64,000 bases of DNA from Reclinomonas americana ATCC 50394 (Eukaryota), in contig PS015009.1 in NCBI GenBank assembly GCA_048213135.1, forward strand, positions 558,001-622,000, given 5' to 3'. The translations under genes were made by a program, and so were the position numbers. Positions within the stretch are counted from its first letter, which is position 1. Each line of letters opens with the position of its first letter. Of the stretch, positions 1-8,087 are shown piece after piece. The notes below the pieces were generated by a model. It saw only the letters and a list, made by a program, of their open reading frames with translations, searched no databases and had not been told where the DNA came from.

Positions 1-2
1 GA

Positions 3-1184
3 TTATTGCTGGTCGAGTACCTGCATCAGTACCTCGCAGGATTTGCGTATCTCTTCTTCGGTAATGGTGAGCGGTGGCGCTATCCGCAGGCAATGCGCCG
101 CGAAAAGGAACCAGTCGGTGAACACGCCTTTTTCAATCAGTGCGTCGATCACTTTTTTATTGGTCTCAAAACTGTCGAATGCCACGGCGATCATCAGCCC
201 CCTGCTGTTTACTGAACGGATAAGCGGGTGCTGCAACAGGCTGCGGAACAGTTTTTCTTTCGCCGTTACCTGGTTCACGAGATTGTCTTCGAGCAGTACC
301 TCAAAAGCGGCAAGACCGGCCGCACAGCAAACGGGGTGCCCGCCAAAAGTACTGATATGTCCCAGCACCGGGTTGTGCGTGAACGAATCCATTATATTTT
401 TTGCCGAGATGAAAGCGCCCAGTGGCATACCGCCGCCCAGCGCCTTACCCAGTAAAAGGATATCCGGCACTATACCCAACTGCTCAAAAGCCCACAGGCT
501 TCCATTACGGCCGAAGCCGCATTGTATTTCATCCAGTACCAGTAAGGTACCCGTGCTGTCGCATTTTTCACGGAGCGCTTTCAGCCAGCCGGGGTTGGGC
601 ACATTAACGCCGGCCTCGGCCTGTACCGTTTCCGCGATCACACAGGCGGTGCGGTGACTGATGGCATCCAGTTCGTCGAAATTGTTGTATTCCAGTTGCA
701 GCACATCGGGCAGTAAGGGACGAAACGCCTGCTGCCAGTATTCGCTGCCCATGACGCTGAGCGCTCCCTGCGTGCTGCCGTGGTAAGAATTTTTGAAAGA
801 GATGATCTGTGTACGTCCGGTGCAGCGCTTGGCCAGTTTCATAGCGCCTTCGGTGGCTTCTGTTCCCGAGGCAGTAAAGAACACCGAATTCAGCGTTTGC
901 GGCAGGTGGCGGCAAAGCAATTCTGCATAACGCACCTGCGGGGTTTGCACCAGTTCGCCGTATACCATGATGTGCAGGTATTCGTCGGCCTGCTTTTTTA
1001 TGGCTTCCACCACTTTAGGATGGCGATGCCCCACATTACATACGCTGATACCGCCGATAAGGTCGATGTAAGACCGGCCATTGACATCGTAAAGCGTACT
1101 CCCTTCTGCCTTCACGATCTCCAGGCAAAGGGGCGCTTCGGAGGTTTGGCCCACATGGGTGAGAAATAGCTGGCGGTTGTTCAT
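3..1184 (-). CDS. Class III PLP-dependent aminotransferase (acetylornithine/ornithine aminotransferase-like)
   Basis: 393 aa; SGTEA, YHGST, DEIQCGFGR and GKALGGG (PLP lysine) motifs of class III aminotransferases. Substrate cannot be determined from sequence. Confidence 0.9.
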   Translation of the reverse strand: MNNRQLFLTHVGQTSEAPLCLEIVKAEGSTLYDVNGRSYIDLIGGISVCNVGHRHPKVVEAIKKQADEYLHIMVYGELVQTPQVRYAELLCRHLPQTLNSVFFTASGTEATEGAMKLAKRCTGRTQIISFKNSYHGSTQGALSVMGSEYWQQAFRPLLPDVLQLEYNNFDELDAISHRTACVIAETVQAEAGVNVPNPGWLKALREKCDSTGTLLVLDEIQCGFGRNGSLWAFEQLGIVPDILLLGKALGGGMPLGAFISAKNIMDSFTHNPVLGHISTFGGHPVCCAAGLAAFEVLLEDNLVNQVTAKEKLFRSLLQHPLIRSVNSRGLMIAVAFDSFETNKKVIDALIEKGVFTDWFLFAAHCLRIAPPLTITEEEIRKSCEVLMQVLDQQ

Positions 1185-1188
1185 TGGT

Positions 1189-1196
1189 CAAAATTA
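1189..1196 (-). promoter_or_regulatory. Bacteroidota -7 promoter element TAATTTTG, 4 nt upstream of the aminotransferase ATG
   Basis: Exact match to the TAnnTTTG consensus on the minus strand. Confidence 0.65.
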
Positions 1197-1245
1197 CGAA
1201 TTAGGAATTAGGAATGTGCGGATATGCGGATGTGTTCGATGTGCC
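1192..1245. repeat. Short-period tandem repeats: 7-mer (AATTACG/AATTAGG x3) followed by 8-mer (ATGTGCGG ATATGCGG ATGTG..)
   Basis: Visible directly. GAATGTGCGGATATG (1212-1226) is the exact reverse complement of 53200-53214. Confidence 0.7.
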
Positions 1246-1248
1246 TCT

Positions 1249-1314
1249 ATGTCCCGGCGGGACATGTTGTGGGTAGAACGGTAATACCGGGGTTGCCGCG
1301 TTCCGGAGGAACGC
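1249..1314. repeat. REP-like palindrome doublet
   Basis: ATGTCCCG-G-CGGGACAT (1249-1265) and GCGTTCC-GGA-GGAACGC (1298-1314), each followed by a similar ATG(T/G)TG..GGT tail. Confidence 0.6.
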
Positions 1315-1331
1315 ATGGTGGGTGGGGTTTT

Positions 1332-1423
1332 GCGTGAGGGATAGCAGCGGAAAGCCCGCATCCGCCTTTGGCGGAGAGGACTTGCAGCGGATAGCCCGAC
1401 CCGCTACCGGCGGGGCACGCCCT
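1332..1423 (+). ncRNA. Structured Bacteroidota intergenic element, Flavo-1 RNA motif-like
   Basis: GCGTGAGGGATAGCAGCGGAAAGCCCG...GCAGCGGATAGCCCGACCCG...GGCACGCCC. Direct repeat GCAGCGGA(A/T)AGCCCG at 1344-1358 and 1384-1398; hairpins TCCGCC-TTT-GGCGGA and CCCGC-TACCG-GCGGG. Family assignment is from memory of the motif, not from an Rfam search. Confidence 0.5.
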
Positions 1424-1477
1424 ATCAATCGTCATTTGTCAATGGTTTAAGAAGTACCTTTACGAAAAAGCGTATTT

Positions 1478-2023
1478 ATGCCAGTTATACTTCCTGTAAA
1501 AGGTGTGCTTCCGGTGTTTGGAAACAATTGTTTTATAGCTCCCAATGCCACTATTGTGGGCGATGTGATCATGGGCGACGACTGCAGCATCTGGTTCAAT
1601 GCTGTGCTGCGGGGCGACGTGAACAGCATACGCCTGGGTAACAAGGTAAATGTGCAGGACGGGGCGGTGATCCACTGCACTTACCAGAAAACAAAGGCTA
1701 TTATGGGAAATAATGTGAGCATTGGACACAATGCTATTGTGCATGGTTGCGTTATAGAAGATAACGTACTGGTTGGCATGGGCGCCATAGTAATGGACAA
1801 TGCCCGGATAGGCTCCAACAGCATCATTGCCGCCGGTGCCGTAGTTCTTGAAAATACAGTGGTGGAACCCGGCACGATCTACGCGGGCATACCAGCGAAG
1901 AAGGTAAAGGATATTTCGCAGGAGCTCATCAGCGGCGAAATTGACCGGATAGCGAATAACTACCTGATGTACAGCAGCTGGTTTAAGAAGGATGCAGGAG
2001 AGATGCAGGGTACTGGCACATAA
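1478..2023 (+). CDS. Gamma carbonic anhydrase family protein (YrdA/CaiE-like, left-handed beta-helix)
   Basis: 181 aa; hexapeptide repeats, AVLRGD, NVQDGAVIH and IGHNAIVHG with three Zn-ligand His. Confidence 0.92.
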   Translation: MPVILPVKGVLPVFGNNCFIAPNATIVGDVIMGDDCSIWFNAVLRGDVNSIRLGNKVNVQDGAVIHCTYQKTKAIMGNNVSIGHNAIVHGCVIEDNVLVGMGAIVMDNARIGSNSIIAAGAVVLENTVVEPGTIYAGIPAKKVKDISQELISGEIDRIANNYLMYSSWFKKDAGEMQGTGT

Positions 2024-2049
2024 TCAGGAGGATTTACTAACTTTAAGAC

Positions 2050-2220
2050 ATGAAAAAAATTATACTTGCAGCAATTACCATCAGTTTCCTGGCATCGGGT
2101 TGTTTTATTTTCAGGAAAAAAGATAAGTATGGCTGCCCCAGCGACGGCCGTAATGTAGGTGCGGAAAAGATACTTTCCGGGGAAAAGACCAAGAAAGCCA
2201 AGTGGCGGGGAGGGAAGTAA
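2050..2220 (+). CDS. Small basic lipoprotein, 56 aa (not in ORF track)
   Basis: MKKIILAAITISFLASGCFIFRKKDKYGCPSDGRNVGAEKILSGEKTKKAKWRGGK*; signal peptide II with LASG-C lipobox; co-oriented with its neighbours. Confidence 0.75.
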   Translation: MKKIILAAITISFLASGCFIFRKKDKYGCPSDGRNVGAEKILSGEKTKKAKWRGGK

Positions 2221-2280
2221 GAGGCGGGGTGCCGGATGGCGGATAACAGATCATAATCGACCAATAAAACCAATATTCCT

Positions 2281-2583
2281 ATGTGCTATCAACTCACCAC
2301 CAGCAACGGCGGTACGGAAGCCGTTATTGACGACAACTGCGGTATATCAAAATTCTACGCGATTGCCAACACACTCAGCAATGACCTGCAGGTAAAATTT
2401 CTGAACCAGGTAGATGATGCCGAAACCCTGGACTGGGATTTTCAATACCGCGGACAGTTCCTCACCCTTCATTACAACATCTTCAACGGGGTAAGCATTT
2501 ATCCGCAGGAACCCAAAAGAAAAGGAAGCGATAACAGCGCGGTGATGGAAGTGGCGCATTTCCTGGAGCACAGGGTGTACTAA
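2281..2583 (+). CDS. Hypothetical protein, DUF3630-like
   Basis: 100 aa; WDFQYRGQFLTLHY segment resembles DUF3630 proteins; fits between neighbours without overlap. Confidence 0.6.
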   Translation: MCYQLTTSNGGTEAVIDDNCGISKFYAIANTLSNDLQVKFLNQVDDAETLDWDFQYRGQFLTLHYNIFNGVSIYPQEPKRKGSDNSAVMEVAHFLEHRVY

Positions 2584-2661
2584 GTAAAAAATCAAAAGTA
2601 AAAACGGGCCCGCCTTGTTACGGTTCTTGAATTTTTACTTTTGACTTTAAAATTTTTAATT
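2582..2661. repeat. Inverted pair of A-rich heptamer arrays
   Basis: TCAAAAGTAAAAA (2592-2604) and TTTTTACTTTTGA (2632-2644) form a perfect 13-bp inverted repeat between convergent genes. Confidence 0.75.
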
Positions 2662-3587
2662 TAGAATTTCCTTTCTTCAATCTTATCCAGGATCGTACAA
2701 TAACTAAGGTACCTTTCCAAATGAACAGCACCCTCTTCCACGGCGGCTTTAACGGCGCAGCCGGGTTCATTCATGTGCAGGCAATTGTTGTACCGGCAAT
2801 CGTTGATGAGGGCACGCATTTCCGGGAAATAATGAGAGAGCTCCTGTTTGCTGATGTCTACCAGCCCCAGTTCCCTGATACCCGGTGTATCGATGATCTG
2901 CCCGCCCTGCGGCAGGTCGAACATTTCCGCGAAAGTAGTGGTATGCAACCCTTTGCCGCTCCACCCGCTCACATCCTGTGTACGCAACGCCAGTTCGGGA
3001 AAAACAGTATTGATGAACGATGATTTGCCTACGCCGGAATGACCACTCAGCAGGGTTACTTTGTCTTTAAGCATCGCCTTCACTTCTTCCACCCCCTCTC
3101 CTGTTTGTATACTCATGCGCACTACGGTATACCCCACTTTTTCATACATCGATTTTATTTCCTCAAACGATTCTTCTTCTTTTTTCCTGTACAGGTCACT
3201 TTTATTGAACACGATCACGGAAGGGATATGATAGGCTTCGGAGGTGATGAGGAAACGGTCGATAAAACCCAGCGAAGTTTTGGGATCTTTCAATGTAGCG
3301 AACAACAGCGACTGGTCGAGGTTGGAAGCAATGATGTGATGCTGGTGTTTATTGGCCGGTGATGTACGGGTAATGTAATTCCTGCGGTTGGCAATAGCGG
3401 TAATCGTAACGGAAGCTTCTCCTTCGTTCTCCATACTGATAGTAACCGAATCTCCGACGGCAATGGGATTGGTACTGGTGAGCCCCTCTATTTTGAACTT
3501 ACCCAGGATACGGGCATTGTACACCTGTCCCGTCTCATCTTTCACAATGTACCAGCTGCCGGTGCTTTTATATACTGTTGCTTGCAT
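2661..3587 (-). CDS. rsgA: Ribosome small subunit-dependent GTPase A
   Basis: 308 aa; circularly permuted GTPase (NKSD, GHSGVGKSS, GLHTTT, DTPG) plus C-terminal CxxxxCxHxxEPGC zinc site. Confidence 0.97.
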   Translation of the reverse strand: MQATVYKSTGSWYIVKDETGQVYNARILGKFKIEGLTSTNPIAVGDSVTISMENEGEASVTITAIANRRNYITRTSPANKHQHHIIASNLDQSLLFATLKDPKTSLGFIDRFLITSEAYHIPSVIVFNKSDLYRKKEEESFEEIKSMYEKVGYTVVRMSIQTGEGVEEVKAMLKDKVTLLSGHSGVGKSSFINTVFPELALRTQDVSGWSGKGLHTTTFAEMFDLPQGGQIIDTPGIRELGLVDISKQELSHYFPEMRALINDCRYNNCLHMNEPGCAVKAAVEEGAVHLERYLSYCTILDKIEERKF

Positions 3588-3590
3588 GGG

Positions 3591-3686
3591 AATTAAAAAG
3601 TCAAAAGTAAAAATTAAAAATGGGAGTATAGCAGATCATTTAGCCTCGCAGGACGCTTTTGACTTTTGATTTTTTACTTTTTACTT
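3591..3686. repeat. Inverted pair of A-rich heptamer arrays (same family as 2582-2661)
   Basis: AAAAGTCAAAAG (3596-3607) pairs with CTTTTGACTTTT (3656-3667); TCAAAAGTAAAAA recurs at 3601-3613. Confidence 0.75.
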
Positions 3687-3687
3687 C

Positions 3688-4689
3688 CTACGGGAACTTC
3701 CTGAAAACAGTCAGCTTCAGCAACATCTCCATAAAAAGGAACAACAGTGCTGCCGCTACGAAAGGAAAGAATTTTTCTGTATGACGGGTGTGAGTGGAGA
3801 ATTCAACTTTTGATTTTTCGAGCCGGTCTATCTCGTCATAAATACCGGTGAGGCCTTCGTTATCTTTTGCCCGGAAATATTTGCCTCCTGTTTCCGACGC
3901 GATCTCTTTCAGCAGTTTTTCATCTATAGATACTTTTCCCTGCTGCATTACCACGCCCAATGGCGTGTTCATCGGTTGCGGCGCATAGCCGTCGGTACCC
4001 ACGCCAATGGTGTATACTTTTACCCCGAAAGTTTTGGCGATCTCTTTCGCTGTTTTGGGATCGATCAATCCGCCGTTGTTTTCACCATCGGTCAGCAATA
4101 TCACCACTTTGCTTTTTGATTTGCTGCTGCGGATGCGGTCCACGCTGGTACCCAGCCCTGAACCAATGGCGGTACCATCTTCGAGCAAACCATTGCGGAT
4201 ATTTTGTATGGCCGATACCAGCACCCGTTTATCGGTGGTCAGCGGGCATTGGGTAAAGCTCTCTCCTGAAAAGATCACTACGCCGATCCTGTCGGTGACC
4301 CGTTTATTTACAAAATCGATGGCTACCTGTTTAGCTGCTTCAAGCCGGTTGGGCGTAAGGTCCTGTGCGGTCATACTGCCGCTTACATCTATACAGAGCA
4401 CGATGTCCACACCTTCGCCTTCGGCATTGTGTTCTTCCGATTGGGTCTGCGGACGTGCAATCGCCACAATAATGGCGGCCAGTGCCAACAGGCGCAATAC
4501 AAAAGGAAGATGACGCAATGCCGTTTTCCAGGAGCCCAGCCCTTTGGCAGATACGTCTGATACCTGTATGGCGCCCTGCTGCTTTCCCCCGCGTATGGCA
4601 TACCAGATGATAAGCAGGGGTATAAGCCCCAGCAGGGCAAAGGCCCAGGGTTGTTCAAAAACGATATGTTGAAAATAGTCGAACAGCAA
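3688..4689 (-). CDS. batA: BatA-like VWA domain membrane protein
   Basis: 333 aa; N-terminal BatA double-TM region (ARPQ), MIDAS motif DVSGSM, LTDG, C-terminal TM; downstream of moxR and DUF58. Confidence 0.88.
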   Translation of the reverse strand: MLFDYFQHIVFEQPWAFALLGLIPLLIIWYAIRGGKQQGAIQVSDVSAKGLGSWKTALRHLPFVLRLLALAAIIVAIARPQTQSEEHNAEGEGVDIVLCIDVSGSMTAQDLTPNRLEAAKQVAIDFVNKRVTDRIGVVIFSGESFTQCPLTTDKRVLVSAIQNIRNGLLEDGTAIGSGLGTSVDRIRSSKSKSKVVILLTDGENNGGLIDPKTAKEIAKTFGVKVYTIGVGTDGYAPQPMNTPLGVVMQQGKVSIDEKLLKEIASETGGKYFRAKDNEGLTGIYDEIDRLEKSKVEFSTHTRHTEKFFPFVAAALLFLFMEMLLKLTVFRKFP

Positions 4690-4692
4690 TGG

Positions 4693-5637
4693 TTATTGTT
4701 TATCGGTTTGTGCCTGTTGTTCTACCTGCTGAATGGCGGCGGCTACCTGCTCCAGGCTTTGCTCACTTTCATAAACAGCAGGCTGGTATTTGGCAAACTT
4801 AACGGCATCGCCTGTACGCAGTGCGGAAGCCAGCGACGACAGCACAGTCGCATCCAGGTTGTTATCCGCCAGCCGTATGAGCAGGTCGCCGGTTGTTTTA
4901 TTGAACAGCTCTCTTTTCTGCACACGGCCCAGGTAGCGTTTGAATATATCCGACAAGCCGGTGTGGTATTGCACCACCTGCTCTCTTGTATTCAGATCGT
5001 ATTGTTTCAGTTGCCGCAGGGCTTCAACAGCTTCCTGGTAAGGCGACAGTTTGGAAACCGGTCCGGCTGCGGGTTTCTTCGGACGGCGTTTAAAATAACG
5101 CCACAGCAGGAAGATGATGATCAGCAGCAACAGGGCCCCACCTGCCACGTAATACCAGGTATAGTCGGTAATGGTGACTTCTATAATGGGTTTAATATCC
5201 CGTAACTGGTTGGTACTGTCTGCAGGCGAATAAGAAACATTGACTGGCAACGCCTCCGTGGTCATCGGTAGTTTTTTATCGCCACTGAGCGATTCAAAAT
5301 TTACCGCCAGTTCGGGTGTTGTCCACCTGCCGGAATCAAAGCTGGTGAAAATGATCTTTTGTTCCAGGCTGGTCATGTTACCGGAAATGCTGGTATCCGT
5401 TTTCATTTTTTCCACCACTTCAAAATGCGCAACGGAATCGGGAATGCTGAACCAGTTGATGCGGTAAACGGTATTGGGAAAAATAGCTTTTACTGTATAG
5501 GTGATCTGCTCGCCAATGAGGATGTCTTTACGGTCGATACGGGCAGACAAAAAGGGTTGTTGCGCACTGGCTGTATTCAGCAAAAGCAAAACACTGCAAA
5601 GTATCAGCATCCATTTTGTTCCTTGTCGTTGTATCAT
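4693..5637 (-). CDS. Conserved MoxR/Bat-operon membrane protein (BatD-like N-terminus, single TM)
   Basis: 314 aa; signal peptide, ITSFDSG-like motif, RDIKP motif before the TM, VKFAK near the C-terminus; lies between DUF58 and batA. Confidence 0.75.
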   Translation of the reverse strand: MIQRQGTKWMLILCSVLLLLNTASAQQPFLSARIDRKDILIGEQITYTVKAIFPNTVYRINWFSIPDSVAHFEVVEKMKTDTSISGNMTSLEQKIIFTSFDSGRWTTPELAVNFESLSGDKKLPMTTEALPVNVSYSPADSTNQLRDIKPIIEVTITDYTWYYVAGGALLLLIIIFLLWRYFKRRPKKPAAGPVSKLSPYQEAVEALRQLKQYDLNTREQVVQYHTGLSDIFKRYLGRVQKRELFNKTTGDLLIRLADNNLDATVLSSLASALRTGDAVKFAKYQPAVYESEQSLEQVAAAIQQVEQQAQTDKQ

Positions 5638-5665
5638 TGTTTCCTTGCGGGATTGGCCATCCCTG

Positions 5666-6535
5666 TTAGCTTCTTTTGATGAAGAACTGCTGCAATATTT
5701 TTACGTAATCGTCGTCGGTACGAACGTGCAGCAATTCGGCGCCGGCCTTCCTGAAATATTGTTTGCATTGTTCACTTTGCTGCAGAAAATGCTGCTGGTA
5801 ATGGTATCGTACCATCACATTACCGCTGTCCACCCATTTTACTTTACCATCTTCGGCATCTTCCAGTTGCAGCAAACCGGCCTCGGGCAGTTGCATATCC
5901 ATTTTATCGTATACCCGAATACCGATCACGTCGTGTTTATTGCCGATCACTTTCAGGTCGTCGTCGTATCCTTCAGCCAGGAAATCGCTCAGCACAAAAG
6001 CAATGCTGCGCTGTTTCATGGCACCGCTGAAAAAACGGATGGCATCATCGAGGTTCGTACTTTTTTTCCCGGCATCCATGGTCAGCAGTTCCCTTACAAT
6101 GTACAGGGCATGCTGCCTGCCTTTTTTGGGCGGAATATATTTATCTACTTTATTGCTGAAGAAAATAACGCCCACCTTATCGTTATTGCTGATGGCGCTG
6201 AATGTAAGTACTGCGGCCAATTCTATGATGAGGTCTTTTTTCTGGCGTGCTACGGTGCCGAATAAATTACTGGCGCTGGTGTCTATCAGCAGCATCACGG
6301 TCAGTTCCCTTTCTTCTTCAAACAACTTGGTAAAAGGATGACCAAACCGGGCGCTCACATTCCAGTCGATGAACCGTACATCATCACCGGCATAGTACTC
6401 CCTTACTTCACGAAAGCTCATCCCCTTGCCTTTGAAGGCCGAGTGATACTCTCCCGTGAACAGGTGCGTGGTGATCTTTTTACTCTTGATCTCCAGTTCC
6501 CTTACTTTCCGGATTATTTCATCTGTTGTGAGCAT
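5666..6535 (-). CDS. DUF58 domain-containing protein
   Basis: 289 aa; GMSFREVREY..GDDVRFIDWNVSAR and EEERE motifs. Confidence 0.93.
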   Translation of the reverse strand: MLTTDEIIRKVRELEIKSKKITTHLFTGEYHSAFKGKGMSFREVREYYAGDDVRFIDWNVSARFGHPFTKLFEEERELTVMLLIDTSASNLFGTVARQKKDLIIELAAVLTFSAISNNDKVGVIFFSNKVDKYIPPKKGRQHALYIVRELLTMDAGKKSTNLDDAIRFFSGAMKQRSIAFVLSDFLAEGYDDDLKVIGNKHDVIGIRVYDKMDMQLPEAGLLQLEDAEDGKVKWVDSGNVMVRYHYQQHFLQQSEQCKQYFRKAGAELLHVRTDDDYVKILQQFFIKRS

Positions 6536-6543
6536 ATCATGAA

Positions 6544-7545
6544 TTAAGGAACGTTCACCATTTTCAGTATTTCGTTGATCACTTCCTCCACTTTTACATT
6601 TTCCGCCTCGGCTTCGTAGGTCAGGCCAATACGGTGACGCAAAACATCTTTGCAGATGTTGCGTATATCTTCCGGTATTACATAAGCCCGCTTATTCAGG
6701 AAGGCGTAGGCTTTGGAGGCCAGTGCCAGGTTGATGCTCGCCCGGGGCGAACCGCCAAAACCAATGAGTGGTTTCAGTTTAGCCAGGTTATATTTTTCAG
6801 GGAAACGCGTGGCGAACACGATATCGAGAATATAGCTTTCCACTTTTTCATCAACATATACCTGCCGCACCAGTTCCTTGGCCGTTAATATTTCACTGGT
6901 GGAGGCCACAGGGTTGATCACCGGCATAGCCAGGCCCAGCGTATTCTGCCTGATGATGAGTTGTTCTTCGGATTTAGTGGGATAGTCCACCACCACTTTC
7001 AGCATAAAACGGTCCACCTGCGCTTCGGGCAGCGGGTAAGTACCTTCCTGTTCGATGGGGTTTTGCGTAGCCAGCACAAGGAAGGGCTCCTGCAATTTAT
7101 ACGTGGTATCGCCAATGGTTACCTGTCTTTCCTGCATGGCTTCCAGCAGGGCGCTCTGCACTTTCGCGGGGGCACGGTTGATCTCATCGGCGAGGATGAA
7201 GTTGGAAAAGATCGGGCCTTTTCTTACCACGAATTCGTTACGGGCCTGGTTATAGATCATGGTACCCACCACATCGGCAGGCAGCAGATCGGGAGTAAAC
7301 TGTATACGGCTGAACTCAGCATGTACAGATTGTGCCAGTGATTTAATAGAAAGCGTTTTGGCCAGGCCTGGAACACCTTCCAGCAGCACATGACCATTAC
7401 TGAGCAAACCGATAAGCAGGCGTTCGATCATGCCCTGCTGTCCTACAATGGCCTTACCCAGTTCATCATTGATGCGGGTAATAAAACCGGCGGCATGGCC
7501 GATCCTGTCGTTAAGCAGACGTATATCTTCGGAACTTTGAATCAT
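6544..7545 (-). CDS. moxR: MoxR family AAA+ ATPase
   Basis: GVPGLAKT, RIQFTPDLLPAD, DEINRAPAKVQSALLEAMQE and YPLPEAQVDRF motifs. Start moved to ATG 7545 (MIQSSEDI). Confidence 0.95.
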   Translation of the reverse strand: MIQSSEDIRLLNDRIGHAAGFITRINDELGKAIVGQQGMIERLLIGLLSNGHVLLEGVPGLAKTLSIKSLAQSVHAEFSRIQFTPDLLPADVVGTMIYNQARNEFVVRKGPIFSNFILADEINRAPAKVQSALLEAMQERQVTIGDTTYKLQEPFLVLATQNPIEQEGTYPLPEAQVDRFMLKVVVDYPTKSEEQLIIRQNTLGLAMPVINPVASTSEILTAKELVRQVYVDEKVESYILDIVFATRFPEKYNLAKLKPLIGFGGSPRASINLALASKAYAFLNKRAYVIPEDIRNICKDVLRHRIGLTYEAEAENVKVEEVINEILKMVNVP

Positions 7546-7751
7546 AAGTATAACCCGGTGATCCGCGGGATGGGTTTTAATGAATAATAGCGGAATTCCT
7601 GTTAAAATACAGGACAAGCCGCAAAATACGTACTTAGCTTAAACAAAAATTTTGCCGTTTTGATGAGCGGAAAAAAACTTTGTTAAAAAACGGGGTAATT
7701 TTAAAGAACTGACCTGTAATTTCCCGCTGTACAATTCAAATACAACACATC

Positions 7752-8084
7752 ATGTTAGATCAAAATTTAGTAACCACTTCCAATATGCTGGAAGGTTACC
7801 GCATCACCAAACAATTGGGATTGGTAAGAGGTATTACGGTGAGAAGCCGCAGCATTTTCGGCAATATTGCAGGTGGGTTTCAAACCCTCTTCGGTGGCAA
7901 GATCTCCATCTATGCCGAACTCTGCGAAAAAACAAGACTGGAGGCTTACCAGCTGATGGTTACCCATGCCGAAGAAAGGGGTGCCAACGCCATCGTGAAC
8001 ATGCGCTACGACGCCAATGAAGTAATGGCCGGCGTAACCGAAGTACTGGCCTACGGCACAGCCGTGGTGGTGGAAAAGATATAA
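7752..8084 (+). CDS. YbjQ/UPF0145 family protein
   Basis: 110 aa; GANAIVNMRYD and EVLAYGTAV motifs. Confidence 0.9.
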   Translation: MLDQNLVTTSNMLEGYRITKQLGLVRGITVRSRSIFGNIAGGFQTLFGGKISIYAELCEKTRLEAYQLMVTHAEERGANAIVNMRYDANEVMAGVTEVLAYGTAVVVEKI

Positions 8085-8087
8085 TAA

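Noticed and set aside
1201-1435. Minus-strand ORFs 1201-1428 and 1247-1435
   Set aside because: They read through stacked repeat elements and show no protein-family features.
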